This document shows, in pieces, positions 28,095 to 39,900 of a DNA stretch of 64,000 nt. The position numbers and the translations under genes were made by a program. Below the pieces are notes generated by a model. It was not told the origin of the DNA and did not search any database. It saw only the letters and a program-made list of their open reading frames with translations. Origin of the DNA: an uncultured virus (IMG/VR IMGVR_UViG_3300037808_001436) (lineage: Duplodnaviria > Heunggongvirae > Uroviricota > Caudoviricetes); IMG/VR virus record IMGVR_UViG_3300037808_001436; one strand, written 5' to 3'. How positions within the stretch are numbered: position 1 is the stretch's first letter; every line of letters begins with the position of its first letter.

Positions 28095-31031
28095 ATGTCA
28101 GTAAAAAGTTTTAAGTTTGTATCTCCCGGAGTATTCATCAACGAGATAGATAACTCTTTTGTTCCTAGAACGGCACAAAACATTGGACCGGTCATTGTTG
28201 GCCGCTCCCGCAGAGGACTGGCCATGCAGCCAATCCAGATTGAATCCTACTCCGATTTCGTGACAGTTTTTGGAGATACCGTGCCTGGAAATGGCGGCGG
28301 AGATATATCACGATATGGTAACTACCAGTCGCCGATGTATGGTACATACGCCGCAAAGGCGTTCCTGAGATCAAACGTTGCCCCTCTCACATATGTGAGA
28401 CTCTTGGGTCAACAAACTACTACCGGTAAAGCCACTGGCGGCGCAGCAGCTGCTGGTTGGAAGACAGCCAACAGCATCACAACATCGCCAGCCACAAACG
28501 GTGGTGCGTATGGACTGTGGGTATTCCAGAGCGGCTCAACTCAAGATATCGGCACCGGCATTTTAGCTGCAGTGTGGTATCTTAATGATGGACGACTTGA
28601 ATTAAGTGGAACCTTGGCCCACGGAGCCGCCACGAGAACAGCAAGAGGCGTCGGTAAAGTAGTAGCAACAGACACAAATGGACTATTTACTGTAGTGGTT
28701 TCTGGATCACAAACTGAAGAAATCACAAAGTTCGGTCTCGATGATTCTAAAGAAACATTCTTACGCAAGAAGTTTAATACCAATCCGCAATTAGCTAATA
28801 CTAACGCCGCGTCATTTTACCCGGCTAGCACAAGAAAAGACTACTGGCTTGGAGAGACATACGAGCAAGCGATACGTAGAGAAGGATATGCTACAGACAC
28901 AACGTTGTTTGGTGTGATTCTGGGAATAGGTAATGAGGCTACGTATGGTAGTGGTATCGACAGCGATTATGATCCTAGCAACATGAAAAAGCAAGCAGCA
29001 AGAGAAGCCGTCGCAGGGTGGTTCATCGGACAAGACATCGGAACTCCGACAAGTTTTGAGCCAGCTAACATGCAGAAGCTTTTCCGCCTCGTTGGCCGCG
29101 GCCATGGCGAATGGTTGCACAAAAATGTGAAAGTTTCAATTGAGAAAATTCGTCAGTCCTCAAAGACGACGGATGCATATGGAACGTTTTCAGTGGTTCT
29201 AAGAGACTTAAGAGACACAGACAACAAGATTGTTGTGTTAGAGCGCTTTGATAATCTTAGCTTAGACCCAAAATCTCCTAATTATATTGCGCGTAAAATC
29301 GGTGATAGATACACCGAGTGGGATTCAACAACGAAGACACTAAAAGAGTACGGCGACTATTCAAACGCTTCCAAATTCATATATGTTGATATGGACAGTT
29401 CAGTGGACGCCGGCGCAACAGAAACAACTCTGCTTCCGTTTGGTTACTTCGGGCCGCCCCGCCCCGCTGCCATCACTGGTATCTCCGGAACTGGAAGCAT
29501 GGCGGCAGGCTATTCCGGACTGGCTGACTATTTCGTGGTTGGCGGCGCATCCGTCATTGCTGGGGTACAAGGCGTCGACGCCACTGCAGCCGGCTGGGGA
29601 AGTGCTTTCCTCTCGGGCGCCTTCTACGGGGGCCCCACCGGTGACGATGGCAACGCACTCACAGGAACCTTGTCGTTCCCAAGTGCCTCACTAAGAGTAT
29701 CAGCATCTGATGGCGGACTAAAAGATCCGACCAACGCATATTGGGGACATTCTACCACAAGAAGTCAAACATCAACTAGCCCAGATGCAAGTGTAGGCGA
29801 TTACATGAATCTAATTTATGCAAATTTCCCGGGCGATCCAACAAGCGGAGATTATCTGGTGAAAGGAGTTAACGCATATGAATATGTGTTTAGCATGGAT
29901 GATATTGTTAGGTCAAGCTCAGCATACTACTATCAATCCGGTTCCCGTAAAGTCGAAGCCTCTGCGACATCATCTTCGTACGCAGACTTGTTAGACGCCG
30001 GATACAGCCGGTTCACCGCACCTTTCTGGGGAGGATCTGATGGGTTCGATATCACATTACCCGATCCTCTCTATAACAATGGAATGTCCAGCACTTCCAC
30101 AGAAGATGACAGCTATGCATATCATACATATCGCAGAGCGATTGACACGGTCTCCGATCCAGAGGCGCTTAACATGAATATGCTGGCGGTTCCCGGTCTA
30201 ACACTAGATTCACTAACAGAACACATGGTTGATGTTTGTGAAGAGAGAGCTGACGCACTGGCCCTCATTGACCTGCCAAACGTGTATATCCCGAATCATG
30301 AGCAATACTACTCTTCTGCAGCCAGCAGAATTGGAACGGATGCTACTCAAGCCTCTCGCGAGCTTAAGAACAGAAGGATTGATTCTTCTTACGGCGCTAC
30401 ATTCTATCCATGGGTTCAGACCCGTGACGATAGTACCGGTCAGCTTCTGTGGATTCCGCCTACGGTTGCTATGATGGGCGTTCTAGCTAGCTCACAAGCT
30501 AAGACAGACGTGTGGTTCGCACCAGCCGGCTTCAACCGCGGCGGACTCACTGATGGCGCAGCAGGCATCCCGATTACGGGTGTAACGCAGAGGCTAACAT
30601 CGAAAGACCGTGACATGTTATACGAATCACGTATTAACCCGATTGCATCATTCCCGAATTCAGGAATTGTATTATTCGGACAGAAGACACTTCAAGAACG
30701 TCAATCTGCACTTGATCGAATCAATGTACGCAGATTGGTGATCTACATGAAGAAGCAAATTTCCATTCTATCCACACAGATTCTCTTTGAGCAAAATGTG
30801 CAGGCTACATGGAACAGATTTAAGGGACTTATTGAGCCATTCTTGGCAAATGTTAAGACAAGATACGGTATTACCGATTATCGATTGATTCTTGACGAGA
30901 GTACAACAACCCCTGATCTTATTGATCAGAACATCTTGTATGCTAAGATTATGATTAAGCCCGCGCGCGCAATAGAGTTTATCGCAATTGATTTTGTGGT
31001 TGCCTCAACCGGCGCATCATTTGATGATTAA
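28095..31031 (+). CDS. Contractile tail sheath protein
   Basis: SPGVFINEID, WFAPAGFNRG, INPIASFP, FGQKTL, DRINVRRL, KPARAIEFI. Confidence 0.95.
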   Translation: MSVKSFKFVSPGVFINEIDNSFVPRTAQNIGPVIVGRSRRGLAMQPIQIESYSDFVTVFGDTVPGNGGGDISRYGNYQSPMYGTYAAKAFLRSNVAPLTYVRLLGQQTTTGKATGGAAAAGWKTANSITTSPATNGGAYGLWVFQSGSTQDIGTGILAAVWYLNDGRLELSGTLAHGAATRTARGVGKVVATDTNGLFTVVVSGSQTEEITKFGLDDSKETFLRKKFNTNPQLANTNAASFYPASTRKDYWLGETYEQAIRREGYATDTTLFGVILGIGNEATYGSGIDSDYDPSNMKKQAAREAVAGWFIGQDIGTPTSFEPANMQKLFRLVGRGHGEWLHKNVKVSIEKIRQSSKTTDAYGTFSVVLRDLRDTDNKIVVLERFDNLSLDPKSPNYIARKIGDRYTEWDSTTKTLKEYGDYSNASKFIYVDMDSSVDAGATETTLLPFGYFGPPRPAAITGISGTGSMAAGYSGLADYFVVGGASVIAGVQGVDATAAGWGSAFLSGAFYGGPTGDDGNALTGTLSFPSASLRVSASDGGLKDPTNAYWGHSTTRSQTSTSPDASVGDYMNLIYANFPGDPTSGDYLVKGVNAYEYVFSMDDIVRSSSAYYYQSGSRKVEASATSSSYADLLDAGYSRFTAPFWGGSDGFDITLPDPLYNNGMSSTSTEDDSYAYHTYRRAIDTVSDPEALNMNMLAVPGLTLDSLTEHMVDVCEERADALALIDLPNVYIPNHEQYYSSAASRIGTDATQASRELKNRRIDSSYGATFYPWVQTRDDSTGQLLWIPPTVAMMGVLASSQAKTDVWFAPAGFNRGGLTDGAAGIPITGVTQRLTSKDRDMLYESRINPIASFPNSGIVLFGQKTLQERQSALDRINVRRLVIYMKKQISILSTQILFEQNVQATWNRFKGLIEPFLANVKTRYGITDYRLILDESTTTPDLIDQNILYAKIMIKPARAIEFIAIDFVVASTGASFDD

Positions 31032-31089
31032 AACATAGGGGGAATTTAATTCCCTCACTACTTATTTTAGAAACAGGAGAATCCAAATC

Positions 31090-31674
31090 ATGCCATTTTG
31101 GTCAACAAATTTCGGAGAGGACGTAACCCTCAAAGACCCTAAAAGAAATTTTAGGTTTACGATAGAATTTCAGGGAATTCAGGACGAGCAGGGCGGAGCC
31201 TTAGCATGGTATGCTAAGTCTGCAACAAAGCCAAGTTTTACGATTGAAAACGTTGAGCATAGTTATCTTAATCATAAGTTTTATTATCCAGGTGCTGTCA
31301 CTTGGAACACAATTAGTGTTGTGATGGTTGATCCGGTCAGTCCGGACGTTACTGCCACATTTGCTGATATCCTTACACAATCGGGTTATTCTCCACCGAC
31401 AAACGCTAGCTCTTTAGGATCTATCTCTAAAGCGAAGGCCGCCGGCGCCCTGGGCGCAGTGATGATCACCCAAATTGATTCTGACGGTAACCCGCTTGAA
31501 ACATGGACACTCAAGAACGCATTTGTGAAAGATGTACAGCTTGGCGAGCTTTCGTATGGAGATGATGAGCTTTCAACAGCTACCGTCGAATTAATGTACG
31601 ACTGGGCTAGCGTGGAAACCAAAGGTAAGTCTGTGGCCATTGCTGGCGGCGGCAACCAATTCTTTAATACATGA
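31090..31674 (+). CDS. Tail tube protein (T4 gp19-like)
   Basis: PKRNFRF, YPGAVTWNTI, WTLKNAF..V..GELSY, ELMYDW; follows sheath. Confidence 0.85.
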   Translation: MPFWSTNFGEDVTLKDPKRNFRFTIEFQGIQDEQGGALAWYAKSATKPSFTIENVEHSYLNHKFYYPGAVTWNTISVVMVDPVSPDVTATFADILTQSGYSPPTNASSLGSISKAKAAGALGAVMITQIDSDGNPLETWTLKNAFVKDVQLGELSYGDDELSTATVELMYDWASVETKGKSVAIAGGGNQFFNT

Positions 31675-31711
31675 TTATATGATGACAAATAGCTAAAACG
31701 AGAGGTGTATA

Positions 31712-32557
31712 TTGTCTAGAAATCAGGACCGCTTAGGCGGAACTCAGCAGCAGGATACCAATCCTCCTGCTAACATAATGGGAGAAGGAGGCTTCTCCTT
31801 CGTAGTACCGACAGAATTCGTCGAACTGCCATCTGGCGGCCGACACTATCATGAAGGGCATCCTCTTCATGGTGAGACGGCAATTGAAATTAAGCAAATG
31901 ACTGCCAAAGAAGAAGATATGCTTACATCAAAAACTCTTCTTAAAAAGGGTGTGGCATTAGATCGGGTTATATCAAGTTTGATCGTAAATAAGACGATTG
32001 ATGCGGACTCGCTCCTGGTGGGCGATAGAAATGCTATTATAGTATCAACAAGAGTGTCCGCGTATGGTAATGACTACACAACAAAAGTAGGATGTCCAGC
32101 ATGCGGCACCACACAGCAATATTCATTCGATCTAAACTCAGCTAACGTATATGGAGGCGAAGATTTAGGTACTGTCGGCACCACAGACAACGGTAACGGT
32201 ACCTTTAACATTGATCTGGAACGAACAAAAGTATCCGTCACATTTAAATTATTGACTGGCCGCGACGAAAAAGCTTTTCTGTCGGGCATCGAGCTTGATA
32301 AAAAGCAGAGAGTCGATCGAAATGTGACAAGACAGTTAAGCGGCATGATAGTCGCTGTTAACGGTGATTCCAATCCAGAGGCAATTAAGTATCTGGTTCA
32401 CAACATGCCGTCAGCCGACGCGCGCCACCTTCGTTTGGCGTACCGCCTGACATCTCCTAACATCGATTTAGCACAGCATTTTGAATGCTCCGAGTGTGAT
32501 CATGCGCAGGACATGGAGGTCCCGCTTAATGCGGACTTTTTTTGGCCTGACCGATGA
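31712..32557 (+). CDS. Tail assembly chaperone / baseplate hub assembly protein (T4 gp26-like)
   Basis: VELPSGG, MTAKEEDML, LLVGDR, CPAC and CSEC; GAGG RBS with TTG start. Confidence 0.7.
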   Translation: MSRNQDRLGGTQQQDTNPPANIMGEGGFSFVVPTEFVELPSGGRHYHEGHPLHGETAIEIKQMTAKEEDMLTSKTLLKKGVALDRVISSLIVNKTIDADSLLVGDRNAIIVSTRVSAYGNDYTTKVGCPACGTTQQYSFDLNSANVYGGEDLGTVGTTDNGNGTFNIDLERTKVSVTFKLLTGRDEKAFLSGIELDKKQRVDRNVTRQLSGMIVAVNGDSNPEAIKYLVHNMPSADARHLRLAYRLTSPNIDLAQHFECSECDHAQDMEVPLNADFFWPDR

Positions 32558-32813
32558 GTATATAGAAAGTGTATACGAACAATTCTTCTTTTTAAAATAC
32601 TCCGGTGGCTGGTCCTTTAGCGAAGCTTACAATCTTCCAATTGGCCTTAGAGACTGGTTTACAAAACGACTTATTAAACAACTGGAAGCAGAGAAGGAAG
32701 CCATTGAAGGCGCCTCGAAGTCCGGCGGTGGGAAAACGTCAAGCACCCACTCATTAACGCCAGATAATGCTCCAAATTTGCCGCAAAGGTTTAAACCGCC
32801 ACCCAATGGATAA
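32529..32813 (+). CDS. Small overlapping ORF, tail chaperone second domain (possible frameshift extension)
   Basis: WSFSEAYNLPIGLRDWF; overlaps upstream gene across a T7 run; ATG 32529 with GGAGGT upstream. Confidence 0.6.
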   Translation: MRTFFGLTDEYIESVYEQFFFLKYSGGWSFSEAYNLPIGLRDWFTKRLIKQLEAEKEAIEGASKSGGGKTSSTHSLTPDNAPNLPQRFKPPPNG

Positions 32814-32839
32814 ATGAACCCTTTGTTTTTCAGTGGAAA

Positions 32840-32847
32840 ACTATTTA
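32840..32847 (+). promoter_or_regulatory. Putative late promoter ACTATTTA
   Basis: Upstream of tape measure gene. Confidence 0.55.
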
Positions 32848-32869
32848 AGTTATAAGGGAGAACTACCGC

Positions 32870-35380
32870 GTGGCCACAGACGAAACCCCCCAAGAATTAG
32901 CTGCTAGATTAAATTCGCTCAGGGACAAAGTTGAATTACAAAAAGAATTCAACAAGCTCACCGCTGAAGCAAAGCAAGCTTTAATAGAGGAAGGTTCTCT
33001 TAAGAAAGAACATCTTAAAACGCTTCTGCTGATCCAGGAAGCTGAAAAGCAGAACCTCGACTACGCTGAGCGCCGCGTCGAGGCCACCGAAAAGGAGATC
33101 GAGAAGCTTAAGGAAGCGAAAGGTCTCGATAAGTCACGCTATGCTCAAACTGTTCTACAACAAGAACTCAATAAAGCAAATGCTACTCTTAGACAGCAAG
33201 AGATTGATCTTATAGAAAAGCAAATAAAAGCAGGAAATATAGAAAATATTGGAAGGCTTAAAAACCTGAAAAAACTCGATAAGCAACTCAAAGGCTTGAG
33301 CAAGTATTCTGGAAAAATGGGCCTGATGTCAGGCGACTCCAAACAGTTCACCAGTTCCTTAAAAGAAATAGGTGGCTCCATGGAGCAGAACTTGTTGGCG
33401 CCAATGCAAAAAGCCGTCACTGGCGCCACCTCACTTAAAGCGGCCCTCCAAGCATCCGTTGCTCTTCTCCTTGTTACAGAGCTTATAAATTTCTACAAGC
33501 GCGCCGTGAAATTAGCCTATGAATTAGGCAATATTGAAAACGCCTTCATGAAAGCAACGGGCGCGAGTGAAGAATTCTCTCGTTCGATATCAGAAACATA
33601 TAGAGAAGGTCGTAGGTTTGGAGCGACGATGGAAGACATGAATAAGTCCGGCATTGCTTTACACAACACCTTCACCGATTTTACATTTCAAGACAGGGAC
33701 ACAAGAAAGAGCCTCACGACAACCGGCGCCGTTCTAGAGAAGCTCGGAATAAGCAATGATAAGTTTGCACAAAGCGTCCAATTATCTACTAAGGCACTTG
33801 GAATGTCTGCCGACCAAGCTGGCCAGTCAATGCTGGATCTTGAAAAGTATGCCGAAGAGCTTGGCGTTTCACCAGAAAGGCTTTCAAGCCAATTTCTAGA
33901 AGCCGGAGACTCTTTGGCCAAGTTGGGTGAAAATGGCGACGAGGCATTTAGAGATTTAGCAGCCGCCGCCAAGATCACTGGTTTATCAGTTACCAAGTTA
34001 TTGAATATTGTCAATCAATTTGACACTTTTGAAGGAGCAGCGAGACAGGCCGGCAAACTAAATGCAGCTTTAGGCGGCAACTTTGTAAATGCTATGGATC
34101 TCATGATGGAAACCGATCCAACGGCCAGATTCGAACAAATTAGGGATTCTATTTTAGACACAGGGTTATCATTTGATACCATGTCGTATTACCAGAAGAA
34201 TTTCTACAAAGATGCCATGGGCCTTAGTAGCGTCAGCGATTTGGCCCTTGTACTTAGTGGAAATATGGATATGGTGGGCGAATCTACTAAGAAAACGCAA
34301 CAAGAGTACGAAGATGCAGCCAAAAGAGCCCAAACAGTCGCAAGTTTCCAAGAACAGTTAAACATCCTTTTTGCCGAAATGATCCCGATAATAACGCCAC
34401 TAATTGACGGAATGAGAAGCTTTTTCGGGTGGATGTCCAAAAACGCAAAAATAATAAAAGTAGTAACTGGTGTTTTGCTGACACTTGCCGGCGCAATTAT
34501 GATATTTGTTCCGGGCGCCGGAACGGTCGGCGGTGTGGCTGGTGCGACCCTGGGACTAAGCATGCTGTTTGACAGTATTAGCTTTGGAGAAAAGAAGATG
34601 TCCGGACTGTCGGTATTATTCAAGAAACTTGGTGCCGCCTTAAAGCCGCTCTGGACTGATCTAACACTGTTGTGGGAGCCATTCTCACTATTGTTTGGTG
34701 GGTCTGGTGGCGAAACCGGCATGATGGGTATTGCAATAGTTCTGATCGAAGCACTGACTGTAGCGGTAAATTATGCAGTAATAGCGTTTAGGCTGATGAC
34801 CGCGCCCATCGTCTTGACGTTCGCCGCCATATCTGATTTTATCAAGCTCATCCAGGGAGACTTCACGTGGGAAAAGAGTTCGGTCGGCAAATGGTTTGAG
34901 GCATTTATACCGTCGATACGTGGTGTCCTCAGTCCGATTATGGAGCTTTTGCATGCCTTCGGGCTGATTGAAGATGGCTTCGAGATGATGGGGTATGTAA
35001 TGTTCGAGAAATCTTATGCTTCAAGCTTTTTAGAGGGAATTGTTAAGTTCGGTGAGGCATTTAACTACTTTGGTCAAGGCATCGGCGCCACCTTAACGCC
35101 CCTTAGCGCCCTCATCGACAAGATGGTTGTTTTAGGTGACGGTCCGGTGTTCGAGGTGGCTAAGACAGTCTCAGGGTGGTTTGGAAGTGATGACACCACG
35201 AAAGCCACCACGGGCGCCCCTGCAGCCGCAGCCACGGCGGCCGCATCAGCCGGCACCACCGTAATCAACCAAGGCCCCGAAACCATCACCAGTATTGTAC
35301 AAGTCGATCGAGAAGTGTTAGCAAGAGCAGTACAAAAAATAAACGGTAAATCCGCTAGCAATGGCCTTGCAGGCCGATAA
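32870..35380 (+). CDS. Tape measure protein
   Basis: Long helical Ala/Leu-rich protein with hydrophobic C-terminal half; position after tube and chaperone. Confidence 0.8.
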   Translation: MATDETPQELAARLNSLRDKVELQKEFNKLTAEAKQALIEEGSLKKEHLKTLLLIQEAEKQNLDYAERRVEATEKEIEKLKEAKGLDKSRYAQTVLQQELNKANATLRQQEIDLIEKQIKAGNIENIGRLKNLKKLDKQLKGLSKYSGKMGLMSGDSKQFTSSLKEIGGSMEQNLLAPMQKAVTGATSLKAALQASVALLLVTELINFYKRAVKLAYELGNIENAFMKATGASEEFSRSISETYREGRRFGATMEDMNKSGIALHNTFTDFTFQDRDTRKSLTTTGAVLEKLGISNDKFAQSVQLSTKALGMSADQAGQSMLDLEKYAEELGVSPERLSSQFLEAGDSLAKLGENGDEAFRDLAAAAKITGLSVTKLLNIVNQFDTFEGAARQAGKLNAALGGNFVNAMDLMMETDPTARFEQIRDSILDTGLSFDTMSYYQKNFYKDAMGLSSVSDLALVLSGNMDMVGESTKKTQQEYEDAAKRAQTVASFQEQLNILFAEMIPIITPLIDGMRSFFGWMSKNAKIIKVVTGVLLTLAGAIMIFVPGAGTVGGVAGATLGLSMLFDSISFGEKKMSGLSVLFKKLGAALKPLWTDLTLLWEPFSLLFGGSGGETGMMGIAIVLIEALTVAVNYAVIAFRLMTAPIVLTFAAISDFIKLIQGDFTWEKSSVGKWFEAFIPSIRGVLSPIMELLHAFGLIEDGFEMMGYVMFEKSYASSFLEGIVKFGEAFNYFGQGIGATLTPLSALIDKMVVLGDGPVFEVAKTVSGWFGSDDTTKATTGAPAAAATAAASAGTTVINQGPETITSIVQVDREVLARAVQKINGKSASNGLAGR

Positions 35381-35394
35381 TAAAGGAAATTAAG

Positions 35395-36555
35395 ATGGCA
35401 GACGATAAAGAAATAGGTTCAGCAACAGACTTTTACAATCAAATATTTGATACACACAAGTATAAAGCAAACGAAGTAGGAAAAAGAGGCGAAGTTCCGT
35501 ATGCAGACGGTTCCGACGCATATGCAAACGAAAAGAAGATGTATATTTCGTTTTTGCATGTGCCGTCCAATAAAAGCATATTCTTCAAGGCGTTCATCAC
35601 CGCTTACAACGAAACCTACACACCAAGTTGGCAAAGCGAAGAAGTGTTTGGTAGAGCAGATCCCATTCATAGCTTCAAGCAGACAACACGAGCAATAAAT
35701 TTGACTTTTGTCGTTCCGGCAGCCAGCGAAAGCGAAGCATACGAAAACCTCGCGAAAACACAGAATTTAATCCAATTCCTGTATCCAAATTATTCAGATA
35801 TAAAGAACAGCGAGCCGGCCGCACAAACGATCTCTCAGGGGCCGCTCTTAAGACTAAAAGTAATGAATCTTTTACAGAATATGGCCGGCGCCGCCCCCAT
35901 GGGCAGTCAGGCCGCCACCGGTCCCAAAGAGCTAAAAAACGAAAAGTCATATTATACAGAATATAAATCTCGTGGCTCGTCTCCCCAACATGGTCTATTG
36001 GGTTTTATAAGTAGCTTTACAGTAAATCATAATATTGAAAACAGAGAGTCCGGTGTTTTTGAGAAAGCACAAAACACTATATTACCAAAAACGATTGAGA
36101 TCGTTGTAAGTTACACCCCAATCCACGAACATGTTCTTGGTTGGAATGGAGACAAATTCGCAAACGACGTTTTCCCATACGGCGCAACATTATATGATGT
36201 TGGAAAACTCCGCGGTGATGAACCAGGCAAAACATGGGATGAAGCCGCAAAAATCAAAAGAGATGGAGATCTTATCGAACAAGCAAAATTGGCAGCAGAA
36301 GCAAGATATGCCCGGGCAAGTGGCTTATTTGGATTCGGCGGCACCAGCTTCGCAAAAGATCTAGCTCGCCTAAAAAGTGGCGATGCCACCGGCGCCGAAA
36401 GAGACTACCTGCTCAAGGCCACCGCTGGAGCGCATGCGCTCGGTTATGACGACGTAGTCTACGGCCACGGCGACGAAAAGCCGCATGGCCACCACAACTT
36501 CACCGGCGGTGGCCACGCCAATATGGAAACTTACCTCAGCGAAGGCGACGATTAA
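35395..36555 (+). CDS. Baseplate/tail tube initiator-like protein
   Basis: FKAFITAYNETY..W....VFGRADPI..F..T.R.I.L.F tube-fold-like pattern; synteny. Confidence 0.55.
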   Translation: MADDKEIGSATDFYNQIFDTHKYKANEVGKRGEVPYADGSDAYANEKKMYISFLHVPSNKSIFFKAFITAYNETYTPSWQSEEVFGRADPIHSFKQTTRAINLTFVVPAASESEAYENLAKTQNLIQFLYPNYSDIKNSEPAAQTISQGPLLRLKVMNLLQNMAGAAPMGSQAATGPKELKNEKSYYTEYKSRGSSPQHGLLGFISSFTVNHNIENRESGVFEKAQNTILPKTIEIVVSYTPIHEHVLGWNGDKFANDVFPYGATLYDVGKLRGDEPGKTWDEAAKIKRDGDLIEQAKLAAEARYARASGLFGFGGTSFAKDLARLKSGDATGAERDYLLKATAGAHALGYDDVVYGHGDEKPHGHHNFTGGGHANMETYLSEGDD

Positions 36556-36558
36556 ATT

Positions 36559-36897
36559 ATGGCAAGCAGATACGATCAATTCAGAATTTTAAACAACGAC
36601 AGTGCCTATTACGCACCGTTAAGAAAGTCGCGAGGCTTAAAAAATATTCAACATTATGAAACACCAGTATTACGACATCCTGGCGCTTTAGAAAGAGCAA
36701 TATTAAAATCAGAAACTCACATCTGGAAGTACGGCAATAGATTTTATAACCTTGCCGACAAATACTATGGAAATGTAAACTACTGGTGGATCATCGCATG
36801 GTACAATGGATACCCTACAGAAGCTGACATCAGCAACGGCGATGTTATTGAGATCCCACTTAGTTTAGAAGAAGTGTCTGTGGCCCTGGGACTATAA
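36559..36897 (+). CDS. LysM-like baseplate wedge protein (gp53/tail X-like)
   Basis: RFYNLADKYYGNVNYWWIIAWYN...GDVIEIP. Confidence 0.7.
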   Translation: MASRYDQFRILNNDSAYYAPLRKSRGLKNIQHYETPVLRHPGALERAILKSETHIWKYGNRFYNLADKYYGNVNYWWIIAWYNGYPTEADISNGDVIEIPLSLEEVSVALGL

Positions 36898-36900
36898 AAG

Positions 36901-39900
36901 ATGGCTGATATAGTAAAATGTACTAGTAGTGGCCCGGGCGCTGGTACGGTGGGTACCGGCTATTGGGCCGGCGTGACAGGCACCACTCATGTCGACGGCG
37001 CGCTTGCGAGACATTGCGGAGGAGCTGTACTGGGCCTCGACTGTTTCAGCAAAGCCGCAGTTGAATATAACGGTATTATTGATCAAATCAAAGCTATCGG
37101 CAAGAAAGACGCCACCGCTTGGATGCAGCCCCCCACCATCAACCACACAGTTAACAGTGCCTTTGAACAGATAGGGATAGACAGCGGATGGTGGGCCCAG
37201 AAGCCTCCAACTGCCCCGGGCCCCGCGAAGAAGGTTGGCTCCAACCTCGACTCCGCGACCGCCAATACCCTGTGCAAGGCCGCAGATGTGCCAGGAGTTA
37301 AGGTCGTCGGTACCCAGTCTAGTTCTGGAGAATATGTTCTCGATGATCTCCCAGGATCGACCACCGGCGAAAAAGTTTATTGTGTATACCGAACCATGGC
37401 CACCGCCGGCGCGATCACTGGAGGACCGGTAATATCCCCCAGTAGAACTGGCTACATTTTCGCCAAAGGCGGAGACTATAGGGGGTTAAGAACGGATATT
37501 GACTGGAACAGCGGCGCCAACGCCTCGGGCCAAGCCGACGTGGCCGAGACTGTGGCGAATTGGGTCCATGGCTACAAAGTTAGCGATCTTCCATTCGTCA
37601 ACACCGGTGTTCTCAGCACGACAGGACTAACAAGTAAGCCTGCCAGGGCCGGCCACTTGACCAATATGGAGGCCCTCAAAGAAACGATCACGGCCATCCT
37701 CGACCCGGCCATGTACCCAGGGGTCTCCGATCTAATAAGACTACAATCCTTAGTAAACAGTGCAATAACGCTTCTCCACGGCCCGGGCCTCACAACATGC
37801 GCTGACAGTGCTGTTGAGCACCTTATACCAATTCAGGAGGCCGGCCAGACCGCAGTCGGTGTTGCTATGACAACCCACGGTGATCCCGCCGGCCGAGCAG
37901 CGGCAGCACAGGCAGCCCAGGTCGCCGCTAGCAGCACCGGCGGGGTGTTTGGTACAGTTTCCGTAGAAGTTTCCCACGACATTAAGTTTAAAGAGCAGTG
38001 TGTTTTGCTAAGCCAGATAACAACTTTGGCACAATACAGAAGAAATCTTGATCTTGTGGCGAAAGACGCTAATCGCCCACTTCCCTATAAGACAAAATCA
38101 GAAAAGAATGCACCACTGGTTGTCGACGGAGAATCGTTTGGCTTTATGAACAAGCTCACCCAGTGGCCCGGCATGCGACAATTCTTTGATATGACAACCG
38201 CAGAAATATCAGGGCTGCAGCCATTGATCAGATTATACAAAGTAAGAGATGCTAATTCAACGTCTGCTAAATCCACAGAACAAGAAATTGACTTCGATTC
38301 ATATGCGAAAAAAGACGATCTCCCGGGCCTTACTAAGAATAAGGATAGAAGAGGTTTCGGCGCCGGCATTAAAAGTTTTAATCTTATATTTGATGGACAA
38401 GACATCTTCGCGCAAAAGAAATCTATTAAGGCTACTTTAAAGATACAAGCAAATAGTTTTTCGGAGCTTCTGAAAAAGCGCGGCCCCAGCCAAAGAAAAT
38501 ATAGGTATATTGATTTGGCACTTAAGACAGGCAAAACAATAAATGAAAAATATCCTGAATTAGACGAGTTGAATTTTAGATTAAAGGCAGTCTTTGGGTA
38601 TACACCAATAACAAATTCAATTGTGAAGGGCGACCTCGCGATGGCACTTAAAGGAACCTTTGTCAGCGTAAATCTAACCCCAGTTACTCATAATTTTGAT
38701 TTTGATGATCTCGGCCGTGTCACATTTACGATTGAATATCTTGCGTATGTTGATGAGTTTTATAATAAGCCTAGGATGAATATTTTTACTCACGCGGAAA
38801 CATACATAACAGTTCTATCAAGAAAGATTGCGTTTGATTCGCTATCACTGACTGCAAAATGCGAAAAAAACGCCACCGCCGCCAAAAAAGTTAGCAAAAA
38901 ACTTGCAGACCAAAAGAAGGAAGACCAAAAAGCGGGATTGATTGAGAAAGAAAAAAAGGCGTCGCTGAAGAACATCTTCGACACGCTTCTAGCAAACGAT
39001 AAAATATACTTTTTAAATCTTTCGCGTGTTCAGTTAAAAGAGCTTTTAAAACTTGGTCCGTATTATGAGTTCACCCCACAGATTAATGCACCTGGCCAGC
39101 CCTTGGACGCTGGGCTACAAAGCAGTTTGGCAAATTCATGGAAGCAAGCGATTGGAGCGAGACCGACGGGCCCCGGCACCGGCGCGAAGAGGAAGGAGGA
39201 CTTGGAGGCTTCGTTACTTCTTGGAGGGATAGACAGCGTACAAATTCCATTTTTCTATGTTGGAGACTTATTAAATCTTATAATAGGCAACATGGCTAAG
39301 TTCTTGGCAGATACAAAAGACGGTATATCGAGCGCAAAAAAATATGAAACGATTGACTTCGACCCGGTCATCCAAGCCCAAGAAGTTAACACGCTAGAAG
39401 AGAGCATTAAAGAGTTTAAAAAGTTTAGAGTGCTCTTGGGCCCACTAGAATTGGTCAATCACTCAACTGATGGAATAGTATACGTCAACTTTGCAGATGT
39501 TCCGGTATCAGTGAAATACATGTCCGAATGGCTGACAAGCAAATTGCTGAAAAAAGATCAAGCTGTTTACCCGTTGGTTCAGTTCATGAAAGACTTATTT
39601 AACGATTTAATAAAGAAATATTTGAACAAAAATGATTGCTATCCATTTTCAATAAAACAAAAGGTGCGGCTTTTCCAGTCAGTCGTGACGTCGTACCCAA
39701 CCACAAAAACACTGCCGGATGAAATAACAGCACGCATAGTAAGTAAGAAGCTATCAGGAAACCGATTAAATATCCTAAAGGTGGAGAAAAGTGATATGCC
39801 TCTATTAAACATATCAGGAAAGGCCGGGTGGGATAGACCAAATCCGGGATTTGACCATGAAATGAATTATTTTGTGTTTTATGCTGGCAGAACGCAACCG

